Part shown: piece after piece, positions 35,892-48,000 of the stretch
Layout: each line of letters begins with the position of its first letter
How positions within the stretch are numbered: the first letter of the stretch is position 1
IMG/VR virus record: IMGVR_UViG_3300046691_000084
Coordinates: 1-64,000 of that record
DNA from: a virus
Taxonomy: Duplodnaviria; Heunggongvirae; Uroviricota; Caudoviricetes
DNA: 64,000 bases
Strand: one strand, 5' to 3'
The notes under the pieces: generated by a model
Databases searched by the model: none
Told to the model about the DNA's origin: nothing
The model's input: only the letters and a program-made list of their open reading frames with translations
Program-made: the position numbers and the translations under genes

Positions 35892-36048
35892 CCCTAAGGC
35901 TGTGTGAAGATTTGATTAAAGCAGCCCACGAACGATATTTATTTCTTTGGGACGAAAAAAGTCCACAAATAAGGGCGCAAATAAGTCTGCAACCCTTACT
36001 GCGGTACGGCCTAACGACAACAGCCTTTACTCAATATCACCCTGGCCT

Positions 36049-36516
36049 TTACCGAATGGTTCGTCGAGCTTCTACTTCTAGCCTACGCTGTGCAAGGTAT
36101 CCAGAACGTTCCCAACCATCTTTCTCTAAGATTCGTACGAAGGTGTTATCAGAGTCCATGTGAGAGCCAGGACTTTGAATCAAGCCAATGCCTCTTCGAG
36201 TAGCATACTCTATCATATCACGATGGGCGGCTCTAACAGCTTTGGCTGCTGAAAATCCTTTAAGATTTGTGCAGTAATATTCTTGGAGGAGACGATACTC
36301 AGGCGAATGCTTGGAAGCACAATAGATCGCCGCAATAAAACCAACGATCTGACCTTCATGCCAAATCACACGAATGTAATTCTTCTGACGCCAATAATCT
36401 AGGATCTGCTTGTGAGCCCATCTTTCATCTACTTTCAAGAAATCATTGTTGTAGCTGATATAAATGTCAGCACATGCCAGCAGCTCTTGAGGTGATTTAG
36501 GTTGTAAGATTTGCAT
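36049..36516 (-). CDS. possible GNAT-family acetyltransferase (~155 aa from MQILQPK)
   Basis: Weak motif-A-like KGFSAAKAV...RRGIGL; GGAG SD 8 nt upstream of this ATG; the track ORF extends to 36597. Confidence 0.35.
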   Translation of the reverse strand: MQILQPKSPQELLACADIYISYNNDFLKVDERWAHKQILDYWRQKNYIRVIWHEGQIVGFIAAIYCASKHSPEYRLLQEYYCTNLKGFSAAKAVRAAHRDMIEYATRRGIGLIQSPGSHMDSDNTFVRILEKDGWERSGYLAQRRLEVEARRTIR

Positions 36517-36677
36517 CAGGTTACTCCGATTTTGGGATTTTATCTTTAACCTGTTTGATAGTCGAATAAAATGGTTCAGCCTTTGGCATGGTACCATTAT
36601 TCATCGCATGCCATATCATATCCAGCTGATCTTCTATCCCAGGGTATTGGGCTTGTCGGCTCTTCCGATAATCGCCC

Positions 36678-37040
36678 TTATGTTGAATATTCAATCTTTG
36701 TACTCCAATCTAAATAAGGCCACAACGAGACCGATAAGATGTATGTGCCAGGATGGTCAAAGGTAAGGGTGATATCGCTGCCATCTGCCATGTAAGTATC
36801 AGTGTCTATCTTTAGTTGTGCGCCATCCGGGACTCCAATGAGCGTATTACCGCTCAATACTACAGGCAGTTCGACTCGATGCACAACTTCACCATCTACA
36901 ACACGATCATAGAACGGCTTGGCTAATACATCCTTGAGGATACCAGCACCTTCTGGACATATCGATTCAGGCTCACACGTAGTACCTGAGCTGAGAACCA
37001 CACCTGTTTTAAGGTCATAGAAAGTAATTGTCTCAATCAT
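36678..37040 (-). CDS. hypothetical tail-associated protein, 120 aa
   Basis: ATGA-coupled downstream of the J-like fibre gene. Confidence 0.45.
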   Translation of the reverse strand: MIETITFYDLKTGVVLSSGTTCEPESICPEGAGILKDVLAKPFYDRVVDGEVVHRVELPVVLSGNTLIGVPDGAQLKIDTDTYMADGSDITLTFDHPGTYILSVSLWPYLDWSTKIEYST

Positions 37041-40000
37041 CGTTTTATTCCCATAGCAAATATAGCTGTAGCAGAAACAGTACGTGTACTATCAGCAAAA
37101 TCAATAAGCCCAGTACAGTAATGAGTGCCAGCAGGCAGCCAAAATGTACCAAAGGCTACTGCAGAAGTAGAAGACCCCTGTGGTGCTGTAACTCTCACTT
37201 GTGGGCCAACGTACGCAGCATCTACAAATACTCTCAAGAAACAGCTAGCCGCACCAGCACCAGACTCGGCGATAAAGTTAGCCATTATAGTTACAGATAT
37301 CATGCCGGGTTGATCTAAGATGACTACTGCAGTCGGTATCGAGCCCCACCCCTCCATACCGACAGGGACAGTTACAGCATTACCTTTAATCTTAAGTGTA
37401 TCCACTGCTAGATCTTGAATCTTGGCAGTAGTGATGGTTGCATCTTGAATCTTAGCTGTATCAATAGCAGCATTTTGAATCTTGGCATTAGTGATAGCAG
37501 CATTTTGAATCTTGGCATTAGTGATAGCAGCATCAACGATCTTGGCAGTGACAATACTAGCATCTTTGATCTGAGCAGTATCAATCGCCGCATCGGCAAT
37601 CTTGGCAGTAATTACAGATAGATCAGCAATCTTAGCAGAATCGACAGCAAGGTTGGCAATCATTGCATTACTAATAGCACCATCAGCAACAGCCAGAGAA
37701 CCTGCTACAATGGCACCTGCAGCAAGTTTACCTGCAGTAATAGCACCAGCAGAAATCGCAGCTGCAGTAATAGCATTAGCAGCAATAGCAGAGGCTGTCA
37801 CAGCATTAGCGGCAATCTCAGCAGCTGTAATAGCATTGGCAGCAATCTTTGCAGTTGTGACAGCATCGTCTGTAATCTGAGTGCTAGTGATCTGACCGAC
37901 CATTGCTTGAGCATTGATGACACTCACATAGGCAGGCGTAGGGAGTGTTATATCCCACTTGTACAAATTACCCAACCAGCTGATTGTCTTGCCATAGTTA
38001 GTAGTAGGAAGCTCTGTGTCAGTACGGAATACAATAGCTTCAAGACCAGGCACCAACTCAGCATTAGAGATCGAACCATTGGCAATATTATTAGCTGTAA
38101 TGATATCAGCGCCTAGATCAGAGTTACCAATAAGACCAGTTTGTGCTACAGAAGGCCCAGCAAAGGCTGTAGAGATACCACCACCAACAGACATTTCTTT
38201 AACCCAGAATACAAAACGCTTTCCGAGTACAGTAGGGTAAACCCAGCCATAAATGTTATCTGTAGATGCAATCAAGAAAGCTTCTTGGAAAGCTGGTTGT
38301 GGTCCAGAATCCCATGGAGTAGCATAGATCAATACTGCTTTGTGGCCACCGCCGATCGTAAATGCAGGGACAGTCCAGTACAACTGAATAGTAGAGAAAG
38401 CAGCTGTCGCAGAGAAGTTGTATGGTGCCGGTGGCGGTGTCAGATCGAGTTTCTGTTGCCAGAAATCCATTGTCTGTGTCACCACCTGAGAAGCATTACC
38501 AACAACTGCTCTTGTGGATTGTAATCGAACTTGGTATTCAAGGACACCATACTCAGTTGGCGTATCAATATAATAGCCAATTGTTGTCTGACCGATAAGT
38601 ACCCACGTAGGCGCACCTTGCTTGCGACGGTAGACATTTGTAGTGTAATGGTCATTATAAGGTGATCCGTCTGCCCTTGTCAAAGGCATGAGCCAAGAGA
38701 CTTTTACAGACTCATTATGATCGCCTGCCAATGTCGCAGAAAGGCCTGTTGCAGTAGGTGGTGTTGGATACACGATTGTAATCGTATCACTCAACCCTAG
38801 TGCGGACACTGCACCAAGTCGTGATACAGAACATATGCCAATAACTACGTTCGTTGTTTCAAGACCATCGACAACAAAGCTATTATCTGTAGTGGAGCCC
38901 ACAGCAGACCAAATAGGATTGAAGTTTACATCAACATTACCTACTTTCCATACATAGATGTTGTAGTATGCGATGCGATCATCATTCGGTTTAGTCCATG
39001 TCACTGTCCCTGACTTATTCAGCAAGGCAGTTACATTAGTCGACCAGGTGACATTTGTCGGTGCTGGCAATACGTTGATTGCAATTGGGACAGATGTCGA
39101 AGGTGATGCTGCTCGGCCTTGTGGATAGAACGCTTGAACGGTAAACTCATACGCACCCGCCTTAAGTGAAAAGATCTCAAGGCTAGTAGACATTGTATTA
39201 CCAATGTAAGTCCACTCATTCGTACCTATTTTACGCACATTCACTGTATAATAAGCGGGTGAATTATTAGCAGGTTGATCCCACTTCAAAATGCCCAATG
39301 CTTCTGATAGGGCATTCGCTGATGATGCTACAAATATGATCGAGTTAGGATTGACAGCTGCAATAGTGAAATCGTAGTTGTTACGTGGAGGTACAATTTC
39401 ATTATCCTTGGCGTTCCATGCTAACTGCCGGTAATCATATTTAGTCGCTGTAATCTTTGCAGTACTTTGGTCTGTGACTTCCATTTCAGTGATCATCATA
39501 TACTCATTCACAATGACTGCAGCTTCACTGTTTACGAGGACAATATCACCAGCTTCAAGGAATGCGCCATCCAGATTCACACTGAATTTATAGACAACTT
39601 CACTACGGGAAATACGGACCAATTCCTCTGCTTTTGCCAAAGCATGATAACTTGATACAATACCTGACTCAGAGAAGTTCTTCTCCAAAGGTACCATACT
39701 ATCCTCGGCCAAGAACGTCTGGTGAATAGCGCTACCACGTGGTGGCCATGTTGCAGAGTTTTCTTTAAAATCATTGGCTTCATCTGCATATTTTATTGTG
39801 CAGATATTAGCACGTTCTGATGCAGTAGGGTAAGTAATGTCAATACTCTCACGAATGAGGATACTATCATCAATGACCTTTGATACAACAATTTCACTAT
39901 TGGATGTTGGGTATTGTAACTGCAGTTTATACTTACCTGCTGACCAGATAAGATCTGCATCACCCATGCATGAAAGAATATCAATGATGTTCTCACGAAT

Positions 40001-40885
40001 AGGCCGGCTAGTATCTACGATCATGTTACATTCATAGAGAGGTAAATCACGCCAGAGCATCCCGTGCGCACCCCAGATGCGTCCACCACAACCTACACCT
40101 TCTTGTACAATCTTAGTACATACAAGGTGTGCATCATAGAATGACTTCAAGTCAATTGCAGACACTGCCAGACCACGGCCATACTCAGTATCCAAGAGGT
40201 AATCTAGGAGGCACAGTGCAGGACTAGTAGTATAGCTATACGTCGAGGATAGATAGTAGGTGTTATCCCAATTCTTAACAACAGATCGCACCGGTGCACC
40301 CTCTACATAGAAGGCGCATTCAGGTACACCACCATACTGAGGATCATCGCGGTTCAATCGAAATGCCATAGATACATACGGGACACGCGTAAATACCGCA
40401 ATCGCACGATCTGCAAAGTTCCAGGCAATCATTGGATCTACAGTGTTGCCATATGGGTATAAATTCAGACGATAGCCATACTGGAGCTTAGGCTCCGAGA
40501 GCTCCATATTATCGATGGTGGCACCAAGGATAGCATTCAACCGTCCTTGACACAAAGCTTGTTGTACGTATAGAAATTCATTCTTAGAGCCGCCTATTGT
40601 ACTTGACATGCCGGCTTGAAAGTATGCGCCAGAGGATGCATCACCATGTACATAATCATTTCTGATGTTATGATAGACACGTGCACCTGTGACTCGGTTC
40701 CTGCCATAAATGACGGGAAGATCCATTGACTCGCCTTCTACTGAAACTTCAAAGCCTTTACGAGCTTCGTCAGCAGCTTTAGCATTCTTTCTGGCAGCTG
40801 CCTTTGCCTTACGTTGCTGGGTAGCAGAATAGGCGGCAGATGCAACAGCGAGACCGATAGATACAAATGTAGAAATAGCTGCCAT
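37037..40885 (-). CDS. central tail fibre / host-specificity protein (lambda J-like N-terminal region with C-terminal tail-fibre repeat array), 1282 aa
   Basis: Gene order after TMP and distal tail proteins, and size; more than 20 tandem 7-8-aa units (AITxAKIxD...) resembling phage tail-fibre repeats; FN3-like segments. Confidence 0.7.
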   Translation of the reverse strand: MAAISTFVSIGLAVASAAYSATQQRKAKAAARKNAKAADEARKGFEVSVEGESMDLPVIYGRNRVTGARVYHNIRNDYVHGDASSGAYFQAGMSSTIGGSKNEFLYVQQALCQGRLNAILGATIDNMELSEPKLQYGYRLNLYPYGNTVDPMIAWNFADRAIAVFTRVPYVSMAFRLNRDDPQYGGVPECAFYVEGAPVRSVVKNWDNTYYLSSTYSYTTSPALCLLDYLLDTEYGRGLAVSAIDLKSFYDAHLVCTKIVQEGVGCGGRIWGAHGMLWRDLPLYECNMIVDTSRPIRENIIDILSCMGDADLIWSAGKYKLQLQYPTSNSEIVVSKVIDDSILIRESIDITYPTASERANICTIKYADEANDFKENSATWPPRGSAIHQTFLAEDSMVPLEKNFSESGIVSSYHALAKAEELVRISRSEVVYKFSVNLDGAFLEAGDIVLVNSEAAVIVNEYMMITEMEVTDQSTAKITATKYDYRQLAWNAKDNEIVPPRNNYDFTIAAVNPNSIIFVASSANALSEALGILKWDQPANNSPAYYTVNVRKIGTNEWTYIGNTMSTSLEIFSLKAGAYEFTVQAFYPQGRAASPSTSVPIAINVLPAPTNVTWSTNVTALLNKSGTVTWTKPNDDRIAYYNIYVWKVGNVDVNFNPIWSAVGSTTDNSFVVDGLETTNVVIGICSVSRLGAVSALGLSDTITIVYPTPPTATGLSATLAGDHNESVKVSWLMPLTRADGSPYNDHYTTNVYRRKQGAPTWVLIGQTTIGYYIDTPTEYGVLEYQVRLQSTRAVVGNASQVVTQTMDFWQQKLDLTPPPAPYNFSATAAFSTIQLYWTVPAFTIGGGHKAVLIYATPWDSGPQPAFQEAFLIASTDNIYGWVYPTVLGKRFVFWVKEMSVGGGISTAFAGPSVAQTGLIGNSDLGADIITANNIANGSISNAELVPGLEAIVFRTDTELPTTNYGKTISWLGNLYKWDITLPTPAYVSVINAQAMVGQITSTQITDDAVTTAKIAANAITAAEIAANAVTASAIAANAITAAAISAGAITAGKLAAGAIVAGSLAVADGAISNAMIANLAVDSAKIADLSVITAKIADAAIDTAQIKDASIVTAKIVDAAITNAKIQNAAITNAKIQNAAIDTAKIQDATITTAKIQDLAVDTLKIKGNAVTVPVGMEGWGSIPTAVVILDQPGMISVTIMANFIAESGAGAASCFLRVFVDAAYVGPQVRVTAPQGSSTSAVAFGTFWLPAGTHYCTGLIDFADSTRTVSATAIFAMGIKR

Positions 40886-41478
40886 TATGTTTTACCCCAG
40901 TTATAGCTAATACTTCCAGAGCCTTGAAAGACTCTATTGAAGCAGATGTCATTAGGGTCTCGTGTGATCATAGAATCTGAGTTGGTCTTAAAAGAACGCA
41001 CCATGTCAAGATCAGCCATCGGGCTGGCACATTCGATCACAGCCGTAACTTCGCCTTGTCCAAAGTCAATGTTATAATTCTGCCCATCTACTACACCACT
41101 GTACACAATCATTGTGTTAGCAAGTTGTGGGAAGAACAAATCAGGAGCCACTCCGCCAACAGTATGGCCTAGTGTATTAAAGAAGCCAATACGAACTACG
41201 ACAGGGTCACCAACAGCACCTGTCTCAAAGTAACTTTTTAACAGCATACCACTGTCAGCAAAAGAAATCTTATAGGATGCTCTATCTACTACTGAGCTAA
41301 TTCTTGGCGGTTCTACGCCTATAAGGCCACTATCGGCAACATAGGTGATACCATCATCCATTGTCACATTATAGGGAGCGCTAGTGTAAAATTTATTTGC
41401 TCCTAACTTGACTAGATAGAAGAAGTTGAGCGAAGGGCTCACCAGAAGAGCTTGTACTGTTGCCGATAGTTGGATCAT
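40885..41478 (-). CDS. distal/minor tail protein, 197 aa
   Basis: Position between TMP and the J-like gene; overlapping junctions. Confidence 0.5.
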   Translation of the reverse strand: MIQLSATVQALLVSPSLNFFYLVKLGANKFYTSAPYNVTMDDGITYVADSGLIGVEPPRISSVVDRASYKISFADSGMLLKSYFETGAVGDPVVVRIGFFNTLGHTVGGVAPDLFFPQLANTMIVYSGVVDGQNYNIDFGQGEVTAVIECASPMADLDMVRSFKTNSDSMITRDPNDICFNRVFQGSGSISYNWGKT

Positions 41479-42065
41479 AAGGCCTCCACAAATTTGACAG
41501 ATCCTGGGTCTGCCAGAATGCCATCAATATATTTAATACCCAACGCAGTTGTGGGATCATAACGAACTTGCATACTCACACTGGTATCGGTTAGGATAAT
41601 AGTACCACCAGGCACAGCAGTGATAAGTGCAGGATAGATATCAAGTTGCCCGCTATTCTTTAATGACTTTCGGACAGTATATATTTTGTTGTGATTCATG
41701 AAACGAATGAATTCACCTTGTGCAACCTGACCAACCAAATTAGCAGCAATACTATTTGCGCCTTTTAAGTAGTCTTGAGCGGTTTGTAGATTTGTAACTT
41801 TTGTTGCCCCAGGTGCTCTATAAATTTGAGGCATCTGAATAAGAAAGACTGCGTCATACCCATTTGTGATACTGTGAATGAAGAATTCAGCAGAATCATT
41901 TGAGGGTTCCAAGTTGGTCGTAATCTCCCACCTTTGAGCCTTTTGCCTTGCAACCTGTTGTCGTAGGTTCAAAGCATCGGAAACAAAGGCGGGCTGATTA
42001 CTAATGACCTGGAGAGGGGCTACGAAGCCAACCTTCACCATGCCATCAATAATAAGACCCGCCAT
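41475..42065 (-). CDS. distal/minor tail protein, 196 aa
   Basis: Immediately downstream of the TMP. Confidence 0.5.
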   Translation of the reverse strand: MAGLIIDGMVKVGFVAPLQVISNQPAFVSDALNLRQQVARQKAQRWEITTNLEPSNDSAEFFIHSITNGYDAVFLIQMPQIYRAPGATKVTNLQTAQDYLKGANSIAANLVGQVAQGEFIRFMNHNKIYTVRKSLKNSGQLDIYPALITAVPGGTIILTDTSVSMQVRYDPTTALGIKYIDGILADPGSVKFVEAL

Positions 42066-42070
42066 ATAAG

Positions 42071-45000
42071 TTAACCTCTAAAGTTCTTTTCGCGGTTATG
42101 TTGATTCACGCCCGTTGCAATCTGTGGAAGCATGCGCAGGACTTCTTGTTTAGTCTGACGACTAATATCACCAGTAATGTGGATGTTGAACTCTTGAGTA
42201 GTTCCCATATTACCACGCGCCAAAGGCGTTGGAGTGGAACCAATCATAGGAGACGAACTACGAGTAGATACCAGACCGCCATCTGCGAAATGACCAATGC
42301 TACGGCCATTGTTAATTGCATTTAGCAAACCAGCATGACGCTTAGTAGCTGCTGCATTGACAATGAATTCGCCGTTAGAGATCATTGCAGGAATGGCATC
42401 AGAACGGCCACCACCAGGTCCAGAGACCATACCACCATCAGCGAAGAAGCTGGCTGCCGAGGCAAACGCACCAGCCCAATTGAAACTACCAATGCTGCTA
42501 GCAATACCACCGAAATCAAGCTTACCTAGCATACCGCCTAAGCCAGACAAACCATCCATGAAGGTAGTGCCAATACTTGCAAAGCCATCACTGAATACAC
42601 TAGTAATGCTATCCAATGCACCTACAGTTGCGGCAGTACCCTCTTTGACAGTATCAGCAGTCTTATCACCGCCACCACCGCCAAACAGATTAGAAATACC
42701 ACCAGCTGCAGCTTGACCTACAGGATTGATACCACCATAGACCATTTCACCTAGCTTAGCAAGACCAGCTGTCAGAATGCCATTATCACCAGTCAATGGG
42801 TCCAGGAGACCTTTTGTGAAAGCATCCAAGATAGAGTTGGTGACATTGTCTAAGATCGAGTCCAGGAAAGTCCCCAATACAGTGTTGTTATCATCAGCCT
42901 TACCTTTAAGGAGATTAGTAAAAGCCTCATTAAAGTTAGATGTGATACTAGCTGCAAAGGACTTACCGGCATCATGCATTGCCGCAGCGGAGGCGCCAAT
43001 ACCATCAGACAGCTCTTTAAGAGCAGCTTGGTAATCATCTACTTGTTGCTGGATGGCAGCCGTAGGATCACCCTTCTGAATAGCCATGTTCAAGTCTATA
43101 GTGGATTGCTTGACCTTATTAGCGAGATCGAGCATAGACAACAACTGAGCTTTGTTAGCTAGATTGATGGCTTTATTATCCACTAGGCCTTTCCCTGTAC
43201 CACCGAGAGCTGCCTTAACCTGGTCTGCAAGAGACTTAGCACCTTTCTGTGACAAGTCTTGGCCTACGCCAGCAAGCTTAGCACGTTCGGTGTCGAAGCG
43301 CCGGAATGCCTCAAGAGTAGGGCGAGCAGAGCCGCTCAGAGCGCCTGTGCCAGTTGCCGTACCACCGGCGCCGCCAGCCTTGCCGCCATTCTGCGTCACA
43401 CCTGCGAGGTTATCAATTGACTTTCTCAAATCATCTTGAGACATAATCAACTGTTGCGTAGGCGTAGTAAATGCAGAACCCAACGAACCACCCAATGAGG
43501 TATTAAACTCATCGAGGATCTGCTGAATGGGCTTATCCACTTGGTCCAAAATGCCTGCCAATTCAGGAGTCAACCCAGGAAGATTCAATGCTTTCTGATA
43601 AGCATCCAATGCAACTGCTTGCTCTGAGTAAGCCTGTGATAGCTTATCAGGGATCATAGCAAATGCTTCAAAGTCAGGAGCAAGGTCACCAAGGATTTGG
43701 CTCAGAGAATCAAATGCAGTCTTAGCACCATTGGTCAGTGCATCTTCCATATTCTTAGCAACATCTGCAAAGAATGCAATAGCTTGACCGGTACGAGCGG
43801 CAGCACGCATCTTGATGAAAATCTCACCTACAGATTCGCCAGAGGCCGAAAGACCATTATGGATAGCGTCTTCCAACGCATCCTTCAGAACAGACGCTTG
43901 CACTGTCAGTTGGCGGATTACATCACCACCCATGCGTGCCATGCCTTGCTCATCCAGCCCTGTAGCAAATACATCATTGATAGTCTGTACTTGGGCTGTG
44001 AAGTTATGAGATGCATTACGAACGGCGCGTGCAGTTGCTCGTTCTAGATCAGATACACGTTTAATAGCAGTGACATACCCATCTAGGTCAGAAGTGTCAT
44101 TCAGTGTGAGTTTGGCCAGGGTTAATTGCTTATCCAGACCTAACAAAACTTGTATACGCTCCTTAGCGATCCCTGCAATATCTTGCATATCACTCAAGCC
44201 AATGCGACCTAGACCTTCAGTGATACCTGCACCAGTGGCATGCAAAGCACTTACGATAAGCATACGAGCTTGTTTCAACAGAGCTTCACGTTTTGCCATG
44301 ACAGCTGTGAGGCTTTCACCGACAACACCAGTCGCAGCACCAACATTGAGATGCTTGGATAATGCCTCGAGTTGTACACCAATACCAGCGACAGACTTTT
44401 GAACTTGAGCAGGTAGCCGCGAGAAGCCGAGATCAGAGATATTTAAACCAGTCTCTTGCAACTTGCTAATCAGGCTATCGAACGACAGTACAGAGGTATC
44501 AGTGACAGCATCGAGTTGCGTCTGGAGATTAACCAGCTGAGCACCTAAAGCAGCCATCTGAGATTCACTACCCTCAGCACCCTTATCGATCTCACCGTTA
44601 AGCTCTTTCTGCTTAGCCGCCATAGCAATCTGGATGATCGCCCATTGCAACATAGCAGACTTGCTCTTACGGATACCCTCAGGCATCTCGACACCAAGTG
44701 CTTGAGCTACACCATAGGCCTTTGTGACATTCCCGAGAGACTTGTTATCTACAAACCCTTGCGCATTAGAGATCTTCTGCGCCTGAGTAATGCCAAGCAT
44801 CGTCTTTTGCTTATCTTCGATTTGCTTCAGAAGTGCAGCTTGGGCAGCTTGAGAGCCACCAGTCTTGTACAGATCCTGCAGCTCACCTTTAGCAATACCG
44901 ATTTGTTTGCTCAACGCACTGATGTTCATCAGAGACGAATCGGACAGCGAACCGAACAGCTTACCACTAATGGCAGTACCACCAGAGGCTTGCAAGGCAT

Positions 45001-48000
45001 TGTTGATTTGGTCAAATGATGTCATTAACGGGAGATTAGCAGCAACCACACCCCGAAGTTCCTGCATCTTAGTGATAAGACGCTGGATCTCGGATACAGG
45101 CGTGTCAGCATTGATGTTATCAAACTGAGTCTGCAGCTTGCCGTATTCGATCGTCACACCCGACAACGAATTGTAGGTTGCTGGATCAATATAGAACAGA
45201 CGCTTCAAGTCGTCAGCTGATGCAACATCAGGAACCATCTTGGTCTTGATTTCGACATCTTTAGCGATAGACATACTCGCTTGAACACGATTCCAAAGTT
45301 CCTTAGCCTGGTCACCGATATCATCAATGTTGAGTGTGATTTTACGACGCTCAGCCAGATCGTAAGTGGTCTTCAGTTGCTCTTTAAAGCCACGAACACC
45401 TTCAATGTAAGCCTTCATTGCAGCAAGGTCTTGATCACTACCTACGAACTTCGCACCATCAGTACCCATGTCGATTTCAAACAGCTGCTTAGCATCACCA
45501 GCCATCTTAGAAATCTGAGTGGTGATATCTTTAGTACGACCGAGAGCTTCCGCATACCAACCATACTGATCCGTCAGTCGCTTCAGGTTGACATAGTTGT
45601 TAGCATATTCGACGTTTGCTGCTTGAAGTTTCTTGGTGAAATCTTCAAGGTTATCCGAGTTACGTGCCCGAGCGCCTTCTTCAATCAAGGTTGTCCAACG
45701 CTCAGCAGAGTCAGCCGTAGCATCATAAGCCTTACGCAGTTCATCTTGGGCTTCAGTAGAGAGGTTCGAAGCGTACTGTGGTAAGGTGCCGATCATTTTG
45801 TTAATGCCGACTGTCTGTTCGATCTTGAGTGGCGACGTCTTATTGCTATTCGCAGCTACCCAGTCATCAAATGATTTGGAGATATTGTCAGCCATATTGG
45901 AGACGCCATCACCAATTTTCTTACCAACTTGCTCGATATGTTTGACAAAGGCTGTATCCATGATCCAATTGCCAAACCCAACAATTGCAGACTTGAGACC
46001 GTCAAACGCAGCAGACAGCAAAGCACCTAGAGACGCACCCACAATAGCACCGAGAGGCCCAAAGAAAGCACCAATAGCACCACCAATCAAAGCTGGGATT
46101 GAGGTATACCTGTCAATAATATAACTAACGGCAGAGCCGCTTGCCATGAACACCTCTTCCAGGGCACTAAAGGATTTTGCAACCCAATCTGTACTATCTT
46201 GAATGGTGCCCATAATAGGGCTTAGACCTACCCAATTACGCAGAACATCCCACATCGAAGTGGAGACACTCAGCATAGACAAGTTGAAAGCATCTGAAGC
46301 GCCAGCAAGAGTCTGGGTAGCATCATGAGGGAGGCGAGTGAACACTTCCTTCATTTCCTTCTGAAGACGACTGAGGTCATCCAAGTTCTCTTGAGTCCAA
46401 CCGCCTTGTTTGATGTAAGCTTCGTTCAGATTAGCAAGCCCTTCTTTAGTGGCTGCAGATGTTTCTTGAACGACTTTAAACTGAGCATCAGACAGTTTCG
46501 AGAAGTCAACACTACGGATATCAGATGCGAAGGAAACCTTACGATCACCAATAGCTTGAGTACCGCCAATGTTATTATTGACTTCTTCTCTACGACCACT
46601 TTTCGTGGTTGCTTGGAGACCCATGATGCTACGGATCTTATCATGCGCCCATTCAAGGTTGTCGATGAACGAAGTACCTGGTCCAAAGAAGTGCAAGGAC
46701 AGAAGACCGACGCCAGAAACAACAGCACCGATGATACCACCTTTCAACAGGAACGGCATAACTTTCGAGAAGACTTTAGAGACCAGACCGCCAAGTTTAG
46801 CGAATGCAGTACCAGCACCTTCAAGGAAACCACCGAAAGCACTCTTAACATTCAACTTCTTCAGCGACTTGAATACACCAGTGAATAGACCACCGAGACC
46901 ACCAGCGATGTCACCCAAGCCGCCAATGGTGCTGGAGACAGCTGTGGTTAGCTTCAGATCCTTGATTGACTTCAGAGCAGATACCAACTTTGTAGTGCCT
47001 TCAACCATCAGAGCAATCGCAGCAGGGTTGACGCTGAAGGTGGTCTCCAGAGTCTTACGCAGCGAGTTGCCAATAGAAGTAGAACCACTTTCGCCAGTCA
47101 TGATCTTCTTGATCTTGGCCATAGAAGTCTTAGTGGTGCGTTCTATACCACGGAATACATCAGAGAAGTATCCACTTAAACCTACAAAGCCAGCAGTGAA
47201 TGAGCTATTGCTAGCTGCAATCTTAGCTAGACGTGCTTGTTTGGTAGCGAACTGTGCTTCAAACTCAACCAATTCAGTCAACTCTGTAGCAGCACGTGCT
47301 TTCATGAAACCATCACGTACAGATGCAACTTTGCTTTCAGTAGCTTTCTGGAGGCCTAGCTGAGTAGCTAGACGTTCAGCTTCAGTAGCAAAGACAGACT
47401 TCTTCATTACTTCACGAGCTTTCTTATCCAACCCTGTACGAGTAACAGCAACAAGGTCAGCAAGCTCGGCTTCAGCAGACACAGCCTTCTTCTTACGGAA
47501 AGCAGCAAGGTCTACATCATGCTCTGGAGCTACGAAAGTACCTGCCTTCATGCTCTTGAACGTTGCGCTCGCAGCATTGAAAGCATTATAGACACGGAAT
47601 GCAACACCCATTGCAGCGAAGCCAACAGTCAGCTTCTCTACAACATCCAGAAGAGACTGGCTATTAGTGGTCATTACGCCGATTGCGGAGGATGCATCAG
47701 AAGCGGCAAATGCAGTTGAACCTAGCCCAAGAGCCAAGACAGCAAACAAGGCATAGCGGTTCAGAATGATACCAAAAAGACCTTTCAAGCCATCTGCCAA
47801 GAGGCTTAGACCTGCAACAATCGCAGACCAGCCTTTTGTCATGATCTTGCTGACAGTATTCTTGAAGTTCTGAAGGAACACAGTAAATCGACCGAAGCCG
47901 ACCATTGCCTGTCCAATCATAGCATTCACAACACCGCCAAGCGTCTTACCGCCACCTATAGAGACAGCACTGAAAGCATCCAGAATACCATTGAAGGATT

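Noticed and set aside
37400-37900. Possible CRISPR-like or regulatory repeat array
   Set aside because: The DNA repeats are in-frame codon repeats inside the J-like fibre gene encoding tail-fibre repeat units, not spacer-repeat architecture
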